Source: an uncultured Bacilli bacterium (GTDB lineage Bacteria; Bacillota_I; Bacilli_A; RF39; UBA660). From it: a stretch of 64,000 nt of DNA. The stretch lies in assembly GCA_944372425.1 (NCBI GenBank), contig CALVZC010000004.1, positions 6,522-70,521 of the forward strand, in the 5' to 3' direction. Made by a program: the position numbers and the translations under genes. The notes beneath the pieces are model-generated. The model searched no databases. It was not told the origin of the DNA and worked only from the letters and a program-made list of their open reading frames with translations. Shown piece after piece: positions 26,523-36,455 of the stretch (the stretch's first letter is position 1; each line of letters opens with the position of its first letter).

Positions 26523-26957
26523 ATGATTAGTTTAATAATTTTTAGTATATTTATTTTAGAAAAATATGCTAAATTAAATAAAAAATACCAGGAAATAGTA
26601 AACTATGTAATTGTTGGTGGTTTTACTACTGTTGTTAGTATTTTAAGTTATTACTTTTTTCGAATATTTTTACAAAATTATGTATTGTGTACAGTTTTAT
26701 CATGGATAGTTGCTGTGTCTTTTGCTTATATTACTAATCGTAAATATGTATTTCATAGTAATGAAAAAAATATATATAGGGAATTTTTTGAATTTACATG
26801 TTCTAGAATTCTTTCGTTGCTTTCTGAAGTAGCTGTTATGTTTATTTTAGTTGATTTTTTAAGTATTCAAGATAAATTAGCTAAAATAATTGTCCAAATA
26901 ATAATAATGATTTTAAATTATATTTTTAGTAAATTATTTGTTTTTAGGGAAAAATAG
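26523..26957 (+). CDS. GtrA-family membrane protein
   Basis: 144 aa with four TM helices, the N-terminal VNYVIVGGFTTVVSILSYYFF and the central AYITNRKYVFHS, typical of GtrA-like proteins. Confidence 0.8.
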   Translation: MISLIIFSIFILEKYAKLNKKYQEIVNYVIVGGFTTVVSILSYYFFRIFLQNYVLCTVLSWIVAVSFAYITNRKYVFHSNEKNIYREFFEFTCSRILSLLSEVAVMFILVDFLSIQDKLAKIIVQIIIMILNYIFSKLFVFREK

Positions 26958-27033
26958 TATATAGTTTAAAGTTTTTTATTATTATGTTCATCTATTTATA
27001 ATAATGCATATTATTTATTAGGTAGGTGTAATA

Positions 27034-27360
27034 ATGGCTAAAGAAGATTTTATTAGATTTGTTAAATCTAATCCTAGTTTAGTTGATTATGTTCGCAAAA
27101 ATAACGATAGTTGGCAAAACTTATATGAAGTATACGCATTATATGGGGAAGATGATAGGGTATGGAGAAAATACTTAAATAATAGAGATTCTTCGATAGA
27201 TGAGTTAGTTTCATTAATTAAAAATGTTAATTTAGAGTCAATAAGAAGAGTTGTCGATGGACTTCAAAAAACTATTTCGTTGGTTCAGCAGATAGGAAGT
27301 AAGGAAGAATATAAACAACCATATGAAAAAAGTCCTGTTTATGAGGATTTGGATGATTAA
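27034..27360 (+). CDS. YlbD-like protein
   Basis: DFIRFVKSNPSLVDYVRKNNDSWQNLYEVYALYGEDDRVWRKY matches the remembered YlbD pattern (FKEFVKKHPK...VRK....WQ..YE.W.L.GE.D..W..Y). Confidence 0.55.
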   Translation: MAKEDFIRFVKSNPSLVDYVRKNNDSWQNLYEVYALYGEDDRVWRKYLNNRDSSIDELVSLIKNVNLESIRRVVDGLQKTISLVQQIGSKEEYKQPYEKSPVYEDLDD

Positions 27361-27574
27361 TGAAACTATTATAAAAATAAGAGAAAATCCTTTGTTGTAT
27401 CAATATCTGAAGTATCATTCTTATTGGTATAAAATATTATTACGTGATAGTACTAGAATTAATGAGATGATTTTAAAAATGAAAGAAGAATATAAGCTTA
27501 CTGCAAAAGATAAAATAGACATGGTTAGTAAGAGAATAAGTATGATTAGAAATTTGCTAGAGGTATTTAGATAA
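27353..27574 (+). CDS. YlbE-like protein
   Basis: The ATG overlaps the YlbD-like stop (GATGATTAA). IIKIRENPLLYQYLKYHSYWYKILLRD resembles the YlbE-like family (..P.WYR.L.R.P). It follows the ylbD-like gene as in Bacillus. Confidence 0.5.
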   Translation: MINETIIKIRENPLLYQYLKYHSYWYKILLRDSTRINEMILKMKEEYKLTAKDKIDMVSKRISMIRNLLEVFR

Positions 27575-27628
27575 TATAGGTAATTGGCCTATATTTATTT
27601 TTTATGATATAATTTTATTGGTGAGTTT

Positions 27629-29875
27629 ATGAGAAAAGTAGAGCTATTAAGTCCAGCTGGTAATTTTCATTGCATATATCAAGCAATACATAATGGTGCT
27701 GATGCAGTATATTTTTCTGGTAAAAAATTTGGCGCTAGAAAATATGCTGATAATTTTGATTATAATGAAATTATCGAAGCTATTAAATATTGTCATTTAT
27801 ATGGCGTTAAGGTTTATATAACTGTCAATACAATAATTCTTGAAGAAGAATTTGATGAGGTTATAAAATATGTTGAATTTTTACATGAAAATAATGTTGA
27901 CGCTATAATTGTACAGGATTTAGGATTAATTGAAATATTAAAAAAAATTTTTCCAAATTTAGAACTTCATGCTTCTACTCAATGTCATAATCATAATAAT
28001 GATTCAATAGAATTTTTAAAAAAATTAGGAGTATCACGTGTTGTATTAGCACGAGAAATGTCGTTGGATGAAATAAAAAAAATAAATATTGATATTGAAA
28101 AAGAAATGTTTATACATGGGGCTTTATGTGTTTCATATTCAGGATGTTGTCTTTTTAGTAGTATGAATGGTGGACGAAGTGGCAATAGAGGAGAATGTGT
28201 TGGTTCTTGTCGCTTACCTTATAAACTTTATAAAAATGGTAATGAAGTAGAAACTGATGGAAAATATTTATTGAGTACTAAATCATTGTGCACAATTGAT
28301 AAAATTGATGAATTGATTGAGAGTGGTGTAACGTCATTTAAAATAGAAGGAAGAATGAAAAGCCCAGAATTTGTTGGATATGTTACTAGGCTATATAGGC
28401 AAAAAATAGATAATTATTATAGTGGTAATAATATTAATGTTACATTAAATGAAAAAAATAATTTAAAAAAGCTTTATAATAGAGAATTTACTTTGGGTTA
28501 TCTTTTTGAAAAGAAGAATAAAGAAATAATGAATATTAAAACTTCTAATCATATAGGAACTTTTCTTGGTAAAGTAATTTATGTTGATAAGAAAATAATA
28601 AAAATTTTATTGGAAGATGATTTATATCAAGAAGATGGAATTAGATTTGATAATAATAGAGGAATGATTATTAATAAACTTTATGATGCTAATAAAAAAT
28701 TAGTTTCTGTTGTACCAGCTAAAAGTGTTGCAATAATAGATAATAAAATTAATTTGTTAAAAGGGAAAATGGTAAGAAAAACCATAGATAGTAACTTAAT
28801 TAAAAAAATTAGGAAAATATGTGAGAAAAAAATTAAAGTTACTATGAATTTAGTTGCAAAAATTGGTTTACCATTGGAGTTAACAATATTTGATGGAATA
28901 AATAAAATTGTTGAGTATGGTGATATTGTTAATCCAGCAATAAATAGTCCTATTACTGATGATAGAATAGAAGAACAAATAATTAAATTAGGAAATACTC
29001 CATTTGAATGTCATGAAGTTATATTAGAAAAAGATAATAATATTTTTATTTCAATAAAATCTTTAAATGAATTAAGACGTTCTGCTATTAATAAGTTAAT
29101 AGAAAAAAGAGAATATTATGCTCCTGCTGCTTTTAAGAAAAAAAATTATCTTTTAGATGAAAGAAAAATTCAACATAATGATAGCATATTAAAAATAAAT
29201 GTTTTGGTAAGAAATGAAGAACAATTAAAAATAGTATTAAAAGAAAAAATAAACAATATATATGTAGATAGTTTAGAATTGTATAATAAGTATAAAAAAA
29301 TAAAAAACATTTTTTATCGAACTGAAAGAACAGAAAATAAATATAGAAATTTTAAGGGTAATAACATATTAGCTACAGAAGTTGGTGCTATAAATAAATA
29401 TGCTCATAATAATAATGTCGTAAGTGATTATTTTTTGAATATTATTAATAATTCTAGTTTAAATTGTTTAATAAAAAAAGGAGTAAAGTTAGTTACTTTA
29501 TCAGTTGAAAGTTCTTTTGACAATTTGATGCATTTTAATAAAAATTTAGATAAATTAGAAATAATTATTTATGGTAGAATTGAATTAATGGTTACAAAAT
29601 ATTGTCCGATTAATATGATAGAAAATGATGACGATAAAATTCGTACAAAATGTATATCAAAAAATAAATATTGTTTAAAAGACCAATATGGTAATATGTA
29701 TCCAATTATAAGCAAAAATAATACAACTAGCATAATGCATTATAAAAACATTGATTTAATTTCTGATATTAAGCAATATAAGGCTTTAGGAATTAATAAT
29801 TTTAGAATTGAACTATTTGATGAAAAAGAAAAAGATATTTTAAATATTATAGAGAAAGTTAGAAAAAATTATTAA
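27629..29875 (+). CDS. U32-family peptidase (long, fused form)
   Basis: The N-terminus VELLSPAGNFHCIYQAIHNGADAVYFSGKKFGARKYADNF and E.FIHGALCVSYSGCCLFSS...GNRGECVGSCR are U32 signatures. 748 aa. Confidence 0.85.
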   Translation: MRKVELLSPAGNFHCIYQAIHNGADAVYFSGKKFGARKYADNFDYNEIIEAIKYCHLYGVKVYITVNTIILEEEFDEVIKYVEFLHENNVDAIIVQDLGLIEILKKIFPNLELHASTQCHNHNNDSIEFLKKLGVSRVVLAREMSLDEIKKINIDIEKEMFIHGALCVSYSGCCLFSSMNGGRSGNRGECVGSCRLPYKLYKNGNEVETDGKYLLSTKSLCTIDKIDELIESGVTSFKIEGRMKSPEFVGYVTRLYRQKIDNYYSGNNINVTLNEKNNLKKLYNREFTLGYLFEKKNKEIMNIKTSNHIGTFLGKVIYVDKKIIKILLEDDLYQEDGIRFDNNRGMIINKLYDANKKLVSVVPAKSVAIIDNKINLLKGKMVRKTIDSNLIKKIRKICEKKIKVTMNLVAKIGLPLELTIFDGINKIVEYGDIVNPAINSPITDDRIEEQIIKLGNTPFECHEVILEKDNNIFISIKSLNELRRSAINKLIEKREYYAPAAFKKKNYLLDERKIQHNDSILKINVLVRNEEQLKIVLKEKINNIYVDSLELYNKYKKIKNIFYRTERTENKYRNFKGNNILATEVGAINKYAHNNNVVSDYFLNIINNSSLNCLIKKGVKLVTLSVESSFDNLMHFNKNLDKLEIIIYGRIELMVTKYCPINMIENDDDKIRTKCISKNKYCLKDQYGNMYPIISKNNTTSIMHYKNIDLISDIKQYKALGINNFRIELFDEKEKDILNIIEKVRKNY

Positions 29876-29903
29876 TAGTAGAAAATTTTTATTAAGGAGA
29901 ACT

Positions 29904-30449
29904 ATGAAAATAATTAGTGGATTTTTAAAAGGCAGAAAAATAAGTGGGTATGAAATAGTTGGAACTAGACCAACTATGGATAGAGTGAAAGAATCACTTT
30001 TTGCAATAATTCAAAATGATATTAAAGATAAAATTGTATTAGACTTGTTTGCAGGTACTGGAAATTTAGGTTTTGAAGCGATAAGCAATGGAGCTAAAAT
30101 TTGTTATTTTAATGATATTAATAGTAAATGTGTTTTAAATATTAAGAGACTAATAGAAGAATTTCATATCAATGAACAGGCAGAAGTAATGAACTTAGAT
30201 TATAAAAAGGCTTTAGATAAATTTAAAGAAAAAAATATTTCTTTCGATATTATTTTTTTGGATCCACCATATAGTAATAAAAATGAAAATAATATAATTA
30301 TGTATATTAAAGAAAATGATTTACTAAAGGTAAATGGTATTATTGTTTGTGAAGTTGATGATTTATATTTGAATATTAATTGTTATAAAAAGATTAAAGA
30401 AAAAAAATATGGTGATAAATATATAGTTATATATAAATATGAAAAATAA
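29904..30449 (+). CDS. rsmD: 16S rRNA (guanine966-N2)-methyltransferase RsmD
   Basis: IISGFLKGRKI...TRPTMDRVKESLF...VLDLFAGTGNLGFEAISNGA...FLDPPY. Confidence 0.9.
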   Translation: MKIISGFLKGRKISGYEIVGTRPTMDRVKESLFAIIQNDIKDKIVLDLFAGTGNLGFEAISNGAKICYFNDINSKCVLNIKRLIEEFHINEQAEVMNLDYKKALDKFKEKNISFDIIFLDPPYSNKNENNIIMYIKENDLLKVNGIIVCEVDDLYLNINCYKKIKEKKYGDKYIVIYKYEK

Positions 30450-30496
30450 TCTTTAATTAATTTATATTTCATTGTATAATTATAATAGGTGATGTT

Positions 30497-31465
30497 ATGA
30501 AATTAAATAACAAAGGATTTGCTTTTTCTACTATGTTATATGGTGCTTTATCACTTATAATCGTTGTTTTATTATTAGTTTTTAATTTATTAAAGAATAA
30601 TACTGATGAAACATATTATTATTCTTCTATAATTGAAGAAAATTTGAATAAATGTGTTGAAGAAGAAATTGCATTAGAAAATTGTTATTCTTCAGGAAGT
30701 GCTAATTGTGATACGACATCATATTATGCATGTTTGGGAATTAAAAATGATTCTGTTGTTGAGAGTGTACGCGTGATTGATTTATTAAAGGATAAAGTGG
30801 TAAGTTCTGGAAACGGTTTATATGAAGATTCTGATGGTAATTTGATTTTTCGAGGGACAACAGTTAATAACTATATTCAGTATTCTGGTGATGTATGGAG
30901 AATAGTAGAAATAGAAGTTAATGGTTCAGTAAAAATTGCTTATACAAAATACGGAAAGTCTTTAAAATGGGATGTAGATGATAGTAGTGAATGGAAAGTA
31001 AGTAGTTTGAACAATGAATTAAATAATACATTTTATGCTACATTACAAAATAATACTTTAATTGAGCAAAAAAATTGGCGTATTGGTAGAATTTATGATG
31101 AAGCTAGTACACTTGATGAATTAATTTTTCAAGAATCACAAGTACTATATAGTAATAGTCTGATTGGCTTGCTTAATGCTAGTGATTATGTAAAAGCATC
31201 GTTAGATGCTTCATGTAAAAATGATGTATTAAATAGTACGTCATGTACAAGTTGGTTATCATCATATGGAGGATGGGTTATAAATGCTAGTAGTACTAGT
31301 GAAGAAGAATCTGCAAAAGCTTATTATTTTAAAATAGGAGATAAGTTGAGCAAAAAAAATGTAAGTGATAATGAAAATGTTATTCCGGTATTATATTTAA
31401 AATCGACTGTTAGAATTGTTAGTGGTGATGGTACTTTGAGTAATCCATATATGTTGGAACGCTAA
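30497..31465 (+). CDS. pseudopilin-like protein with non-canonical prepilin N-terminus
   Basis: MKLNNKG|FAFSTMLYGALSLIIVVLLLVF has a short basic leader, G-F and a hydrophobic helix, but Thr rather than Glu at +5. The body contains GLYEDSDGNLIFRGTTVNNYIQYSGDVWRIVEI, a motif I associate with large Firmicutes pseudopilins. Confidence 0.55.
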   Translation: MKLNNKGFAFSTMLYGALSLIIVVLLLVFNLLKNNTDETYYYSSIIEENLNKCVEEEIALENCYSSGSANCDTTSYYACLGIKNDSVVESVRVIDLLKDKVVSSGNGLYEDSDGNLIFRGTTVNNYIQYSGDVWRIVEIEVNGSVKIAYTKYGKSLKWDVDDSSEWKVSSLNNELNNTFYATLQNNTLIEQKNWRIGRIYDEASTLDELIFQESQVLYSNSLIGLLNASDYVKASLDASCKNDVLNSTSCTSWLSSYGGWVINASSTSEEESAKAYYFKIGDKLSKKNVSDNENVIPVLYLKSTVRIVSGDGTLSNPYMLER

Positions 31466-31553
31466 TGTATGAAAACTTTTAAATTATTGCTTCAAATTTG
31501 AAAAGGATGATATAATATTATTATAAAAAAAATTAATAAAAATAGGAGGATTT

Positions 31554-32744
31554 ATGGGTTTAATTAAAGCAGCTATTGGAGCTATAGGGGGAACACTTGG
31601 AGATCAATGGAAAGATTTGATAAGTTGTGAAGATATGGGAAATGATACCTTAATGGTAAAGAAGACGGCATCTAATGGACAAATTTCAAAAGATAGTAGA
31701 ATTATTGTTGCGCCTGGTCAAGTCGCAGTAATTTATGATTCTGGTAATATTTTAGACGCTACTGCGGAAGAAGGTGCCTATAATTTTGATCAATCTTCAG
31801 CACCTACATTTTTTGCAGGACAATTTGGTGCGGTTTTTAAAGAAATGTGGCAAAGGTTTACTTATGGTGGAACACCTGCTAAAGAACAAGCAGTATTTTA
31901 TTTTAATATTAAGGAAATAAAGGATAATAAGTTTGGAACGTCTAGTCCAATTCCTTATCAAGATTGGTCACATCCTATTCCAAATCAAATGACTAATTCT
32001 ATTACACCTATGCGTGTACAAGTAAGATGTTATGGTAACTATACTTTTAAAATTTATGATCCGGCAATATTTATGAGAAATCATGCAGGTGTTGCTGATA
32101 TCGTAACTAAGGATGAATTAGTAGAACAAATGCGAACAGAAGTTATTGCGTCGTTTCAAAATGTTCTTAATGAATTAGGTACTAGTGCATATAAAGTGCC
32201 TGTACTTGAGCTTCCAAGTAATACTGATGAAATTAAAAAAGCAATGGATGAAAATGTTTTTGATAAGCCAATAAGAGATAGGGGTATTCAATTAGTTAGT
32301 TTTGCTGTTGAATCAGTAACATTAGATGATGAATCTTCTAAGAAAATTGACAATTATGAGCTTTCTTCTAATTCATATATGCAACAGGGAACGCTTGTTG
32401 GTGCATATTCAAATGCAGTCCAAGATGCAGCTAAAAATGAGTCTGGTGCAATGAATGGGTTTATGGGAATTGGTATGATGAACATGGCAAGTGGTGGAAT
32501 GATTGGTGGTGCAATGAATAATACATTTGCAAACAACAAATCTTCAACCGTTAATGTTGATCCATATCAGAATACATCTTCTAACGACGGTATAAAATGT
32601 CCTAATTGTGGTAAAATAATAACTGGTAAATTTTGTGAAGAATGTGGCACTAAAGCTCCTGAAACAATCGAAAAAAAATGTCCTAACTGCGGAACGGTAG
32701 CAAGAGGAAAGTTTTGCACTGAATGTGGTACTAAGATAGATTAA
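31554..32744 (+). CDS. SPFH/band-7 domain protein with two C-terminal zinc ribbons
   Basis: The N-terminus MGLIKAAIGAIGGTLGDQWKD is typical of the COG4260 family. The C-terminus carries CPNCG..GKFCEECG and CPNCG..GKFCTECG. Confidence 0.75.
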   Translation: MGLIKAAIGAIGGTLGDQWKDLISCEDMGNDTLMVKKTASNGQISKDSRIIVAPGQVAVIYDSGNILDATAEEGAYNFDQSSAPTFFAGQFGAVFKEMWQRFTYGGTPAKEQAVFYFNIKEIKDNKFGTSSPIPYQDWSHPIPNQMTNSITPMRVQVRCYGNYTFKIYDPAIFMRNHAGVADIVTKDELVEQMRTEVIASFQNVLNELGTSAYKVPVLELPSNTDEIKKAMDENVFDKPIRDRGIQLVSFAVESVTLDDESSKKIDNYELSSNSYMQQGTLVGAYSNAVQDAAKNESGAMNGFMGIGMMNMASGGMIGGAMNNTFANNKSSTVNVDPYQNTSSNDGIKCPNCGKIITGKFCEECGTKAPETIEKKCPNCGTVARGKFCTECGTKID

Positions 32745-32773
32745 AAGAATGTGTAAATAACACATTCTTTTTA
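32744..32773 (+). terminator. rho-independent terminator
   Basis: AAAGAATGTG-loop-CACATTCTTT followed by a T-run. Confidence 0.6.
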
Positions 32774-32784
32774 TTTATAAAATT

Positions 32785-33696
32785 TTAATAAGTAAAAATG
32801 TCTAATATTCTTTCTGTGTTTTTAAAATTAAGTTTAGCAATTTCTTTAAGTTTTTCTTTTCCAAATTTTTGAACTATTTCTTTTCCAACTATATCGACAT
32901 CTTTTCCAGCACCTTTTGGTAATGGTATATGTAATGTATCAGAAATTTTATCAAATTCCTTTAAGAATATGTATCTACTAATTACAGAAGCACAAGCTAC
33001 TGCTAAGTTCTTATCTTCAGCTTTAGTCATAAAAGTAATATTTTTTTGTATATTTGGATTGCCTTTTAAATATTCATAATATCTATTTTCTCTAGCAAAT
33101 TCATCAACTATTATATAATCGTAGTTATTATTTTCTTCGTTAACCATTTGCCAAAGAACTTTATTATGCATTATAGCTTTAATTTTATTTATATTATAAT
33201 CATTTCTATATTTTTCATTATATTCATTATTATTCATAATAAGACTTTTATATTTAATTTTAGTAATAAGTTTTGGTGCAATATTTAATATTTTATTATC
33301 ATCTATTTTCTTTGAATCTTTTATTCCTAGACTTTCTACAAAATCTATATCATTTTTTGAAACGTAAGTACTAGTAACTACTATTGGACCAAAATAATCT
33401 CCTGTTCCTACTTCATCTGATCCAATAGAAGACGAATAATAGTATTTTTCATAATCTTTGGTGTTTTCTTCCTTTTTTTTAGATTGCCCATCTATTTCTC
33501 GCCACATATTAGCATCTATATCAGCACTAACTCCTTGAAACATTACTTTACCAGATTCATACATAGTTATGACAGTATCTAAATCTTGAGCTTGAAATAC
33601 AACATATGGTATTTTTTTGTCTCTTTTTTTATCTTCATAATATTTAATCATTTTTTTTCGAGTATTTTCACTTACTTTTAATACAACGTTAGCCAT
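32785..33696 (-). CDS. rnhC: ribonuclease HIII
   Basis: An N-terminal DUF3378-like domain plus the catalytic GSDEVGTGDYFGP motif. About 300 aa. Confidence 0.85.
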   Translation of the reverse strand: MANVVLKVSENTRKKMIKYYEDKKRDKKIPYVVFQAQDLDTVITMYESGKVMFQGVSADIDANMWREIDGQSKKKEENTKDYEKYYYSSSIGSDEVGTGDYFGPIVVTSTYVSKNDIDFVESLGIKDSKKIDDNKILNIAPKLITKIKYKSLIMNNNEYNEKYRNDYNINKIKAIMHNKVLWQMVNEENNNYDYIIVDEFARENRYYEYLKGNPNIQKNITFMTKAEDKNLAVACASVISRYIFLKEFDKISDTLHIPLPKGAGKDVDIVGKEIVQKFGKEKLKEIAKLNFKNTERILDIFTY

Positions 33697-33918
33697 AAAT
33701 TCACCTCATAATTTTATTATAACACTTTGAGTTAGTTTTGTATAAAAATTATTTTATATATGAAATTTAAACAATAATATTGGATTTAGTATTATAAAAT
33801 GATTATTATGAATATTTAGATATATTATATTGTATTTAATTAATGGTTGTATTTTTTTTTAAAATTTGATATACTTTTAGAGTATTTTCTTAAGAACATT
33901 TTAGAAAGGAGATTAATT

Positions 33919-35571
33919 TTGAGTAAAATAAAAATTTTTAGTTTAGGTGGACTAAACGAAAACGGAAAAAATATGTATGTTATTAACGTTGATGATAGTG
34001 TTTTTATCTTTGATGCTGGTCTTAAATATGCTACTGATAAAATGTTAGGCGTTGATTATATTTTACCTGATTATACATACATAAAAGAAAATAGAAAAAA
34101 AATAAAAGGTATTTTTTTAACGCATGGTCATGATAGTAATATGGGCGCAATGGCAGATATTTTATATGACTTGCCTGATTTACCTGTTTATGCTACTAAA
34201 TTTACAATGGAAGTACTTAAAGAAGATTTATCAGAAAGTGGAGTTAATGCAACAAATTTGAAGGAAATACGTCCTCATTCAAAGCTTACTTTTGGTGAAT
34301 TAGTAGTATTTCCTATTAGTGTTACACATTCTATACCAGATGCTGTTTGCTATGTTCTTTATACAAAAGATGGTGCTATTGTATATACCGGTGATTTTGT
34401 ATTTGATTCGACGATGATGGGAAACTATAAAACTGATATTGGAAAATTAGCATATGTTGGAAAGCAAGGAGTCTTATGCCTTCTCTCAGAATCTATATAC
34501 GCAGAAAAAGAAGGACATACTAGTCCTAATAATAGAGTAAGCGGATTTATAAGAGAAGTTCTGCATAAAAACGAAAATAGAATTATTGCAACAATAATGA
34601 CTGCGCATATATATAGAGTTCAAGAATTATTAAGTGAAATTTCAAATACTAAAAGAAAAATTGTTATTATGGGAAAAAATTTACAAAACATAATAAATAA
34701 GTCCATTGAAATGGGATATATTAGTTTTAATAAAAATCAAATTGGTGATTTAAGCAACGCTAATGACAAAGATGTTGTTATACTTATATCAGATGAAAAA
34801 GAAAAACCATATATGAATTTAGAAAGAATATTAAAAGGATTTGATAAATATATTAAGCTTAAAGATACAGATACAATCTTTATAACTGAGCCACCATCAG
34901 AGGGACTCGAGAAAAGGACAGCTCTTATTATGGACGAGATTGCTAAAAGGGATGTAAATGCTGTTTGTTTAAACGCTAAGAAGCATTTATTACATCATGC
35001 TTCACGTGAAGACTTAATGTTGATGATTAATTTGGTTAATCCTAAATATTACTTTCCGGTTAAAGGAGAATATCGTCATCAAGTTATGAATGCCGAAATA
35101 GCTGAGCGATTAGGTATTCCTAAAGAAAATATAATATTGAAGCAAAATGGTGATGTAGCTACTTTTATCGATGGTAAACTAATTGATGATTTAGATCATA
35201 TTGAAACTGATGAAATATTAATAGATGGTAAGAGTCAAGGTGATATTGGTGATTTAGTACTTAAAGATCGCGAGATGTTAGGGGAGAACGGTATTGTTAT
35301 AGTTAGTTGTACTTTAAATAAAAAAACTAAAGAAATTTTAGCTGGTCCAGAAATTTTAACGCGTGGTTTTGTGTATGTTAAAGAAAGTGGTGATCTTCTT
35401 AAGGAAACTCAAGACATTTGTTTAGAAGTTATTAAGGATTGTATTGATATAGAAAACAAAAAAGTAGATTATAATAAAATAAAAAATGATGTTCGTGAAA
35501 GATTGGGAAAATACTTTTATAAAGAAACTGAATGTAAACCTATGGTCATAACAGTGATTCAAGAAGTTTAA
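33919..35571 (+). CDS. rnj: ribonuclease J
   Basis: Metallo-beta-lactamase/beta-CASP fold: IFSLGGLNENGKNMYVI, THGHDSNMGA (HxHxDH variant). A TTG start at 33919 follows an AAAGGAG RBS. The longer track ORF adds an implausible leader. Confidence 0.9.
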   Translation: MSKIKIFSLGGLNENGKNMYVINVDDSVFIFDAGLKYATDKMLGVDYILPDYTYIKENRKKIKGIFLTHGHDSNMGAMADILYDLPDLPVYATKFTMEVLKEDLSESGVNATNLKEIRPHSKLTFGELVVFPISVTHSIPDAVCYVLYTKDGAIVYTGDFVFDSTMMGNYKTDIGKLAYVGKQGVLCLLSESIYAEKEGHTSPNNRVSGFIREVLHKNENRIIATIMTAHIYRVQELLSEISNTKRKIVIMGKNLQNIINKSIEMGYISFNKNQIGDLSNANDKDVVILISDEKEKPYMNLERILKGFDKYIKLKDTDTIFITEPPSEGLEKRTALIMDEIAKRDVNAVCLNAKKHLLHHASREDLMLMINLVNPKYYFPVKGEYRHQVMNAEIAERLGIPKENIILKQNGDVATFIDGKLIDDLDHIETDEILIDGKSQGDIGDLVLKDREMLGENGIVIVSCTLNKKTKEILAGPEILTRGFVYVKESGDLLKETQDICLEVIKDCIDIENKKVDYNKIKNDVRERLGKYFYKETECKPMVITVIQEV

Positions 35572-35771
35572 ACTATTAAAAAAACTTTTTAATAAGTAGT
35601 AAATAATAATTAAAATTAAAGTATTTTTAGATAATTGAATTCTAAAAATGCTTTTTTATATGAAATAAAAATTATTTTCAAACTTTCTTTATAATTACGA
35701 AAAAATTAAAATTAATTTTTTTAAAATTTAATATTATAATTAAAGTGATAATATTAGGTTGGTGAGTTTTT

Positions 35772-36439
35772 ATGATAGAAATAAAAGGGGTTTCAAAAAC
35801 TTATAGTATTGGGAAAAACAATGTCGTATTAGCTTTAAATAATATTTCTTTTTGTCTTCCAAATAAAGGTATGGTATTTATAACTGGCGCAAGTGGTAGT
35901 GGCAAATCTACTTTACTTAATTTATTAGGATTATTAGATCTTCCAGATAAAGGTGAAATAATTATCGATGGTAAAAGCCTAAACAAGTTTAAGAAAAAGG
36001 AAGTTGATTACTATAGAAACACTTATGTAGGTTTTGTATTTCAAGAATATAATTTACTAGATAATTTTAATGTAGGAAAAAATATTGAAATTGCCTTAAA
36101 TTTGCAAAAAAATGTAGGGAACAAATAGATAAAATATTAGAATTAGTCGGATTACAAAATTTTGGCAAAAGAAAAATAAACGAGTTATCTGGAGGACAAA
36201 AACAAAGAGTTGCAATAGGAAGAGCAATTATAAAAAATCCTAATATCATATTAGCAGATGAACCAACTGGTAATTTAGATTATAACAATAGTGAACAAAT
36301 ATTTAACTTATTAAAAAAGATTTCACAGGAAAAATTAGTTGTAGTGGTAACTCATAATATTGAATTTGCAAATAAATATGCAGATAGATTAATTGAAATT
36401 AGAGATGGAAATATTATAAGAGATCATTTAAAAAGATAA
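35772..36439 (+). pseudogene. ABC transporter ATP-binding protein (MacB/FtsE-like), frameshifted at an A7 tract
   Basis: Walker A GASGSGKST lies in frame 1, which stops at 36128. The signature LSGGQKQRVAIGRA and Walker B ILADEPTGNLD follow in the +2 frame, ending with TAA at 36437-36439. One extra A in the run at 36106-36112 restores ...LQKKCREQIDKILELVGL.... Confidence 0.85.
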
Positions 36440-36455
36440 TTTTCTTTAGAAGATT

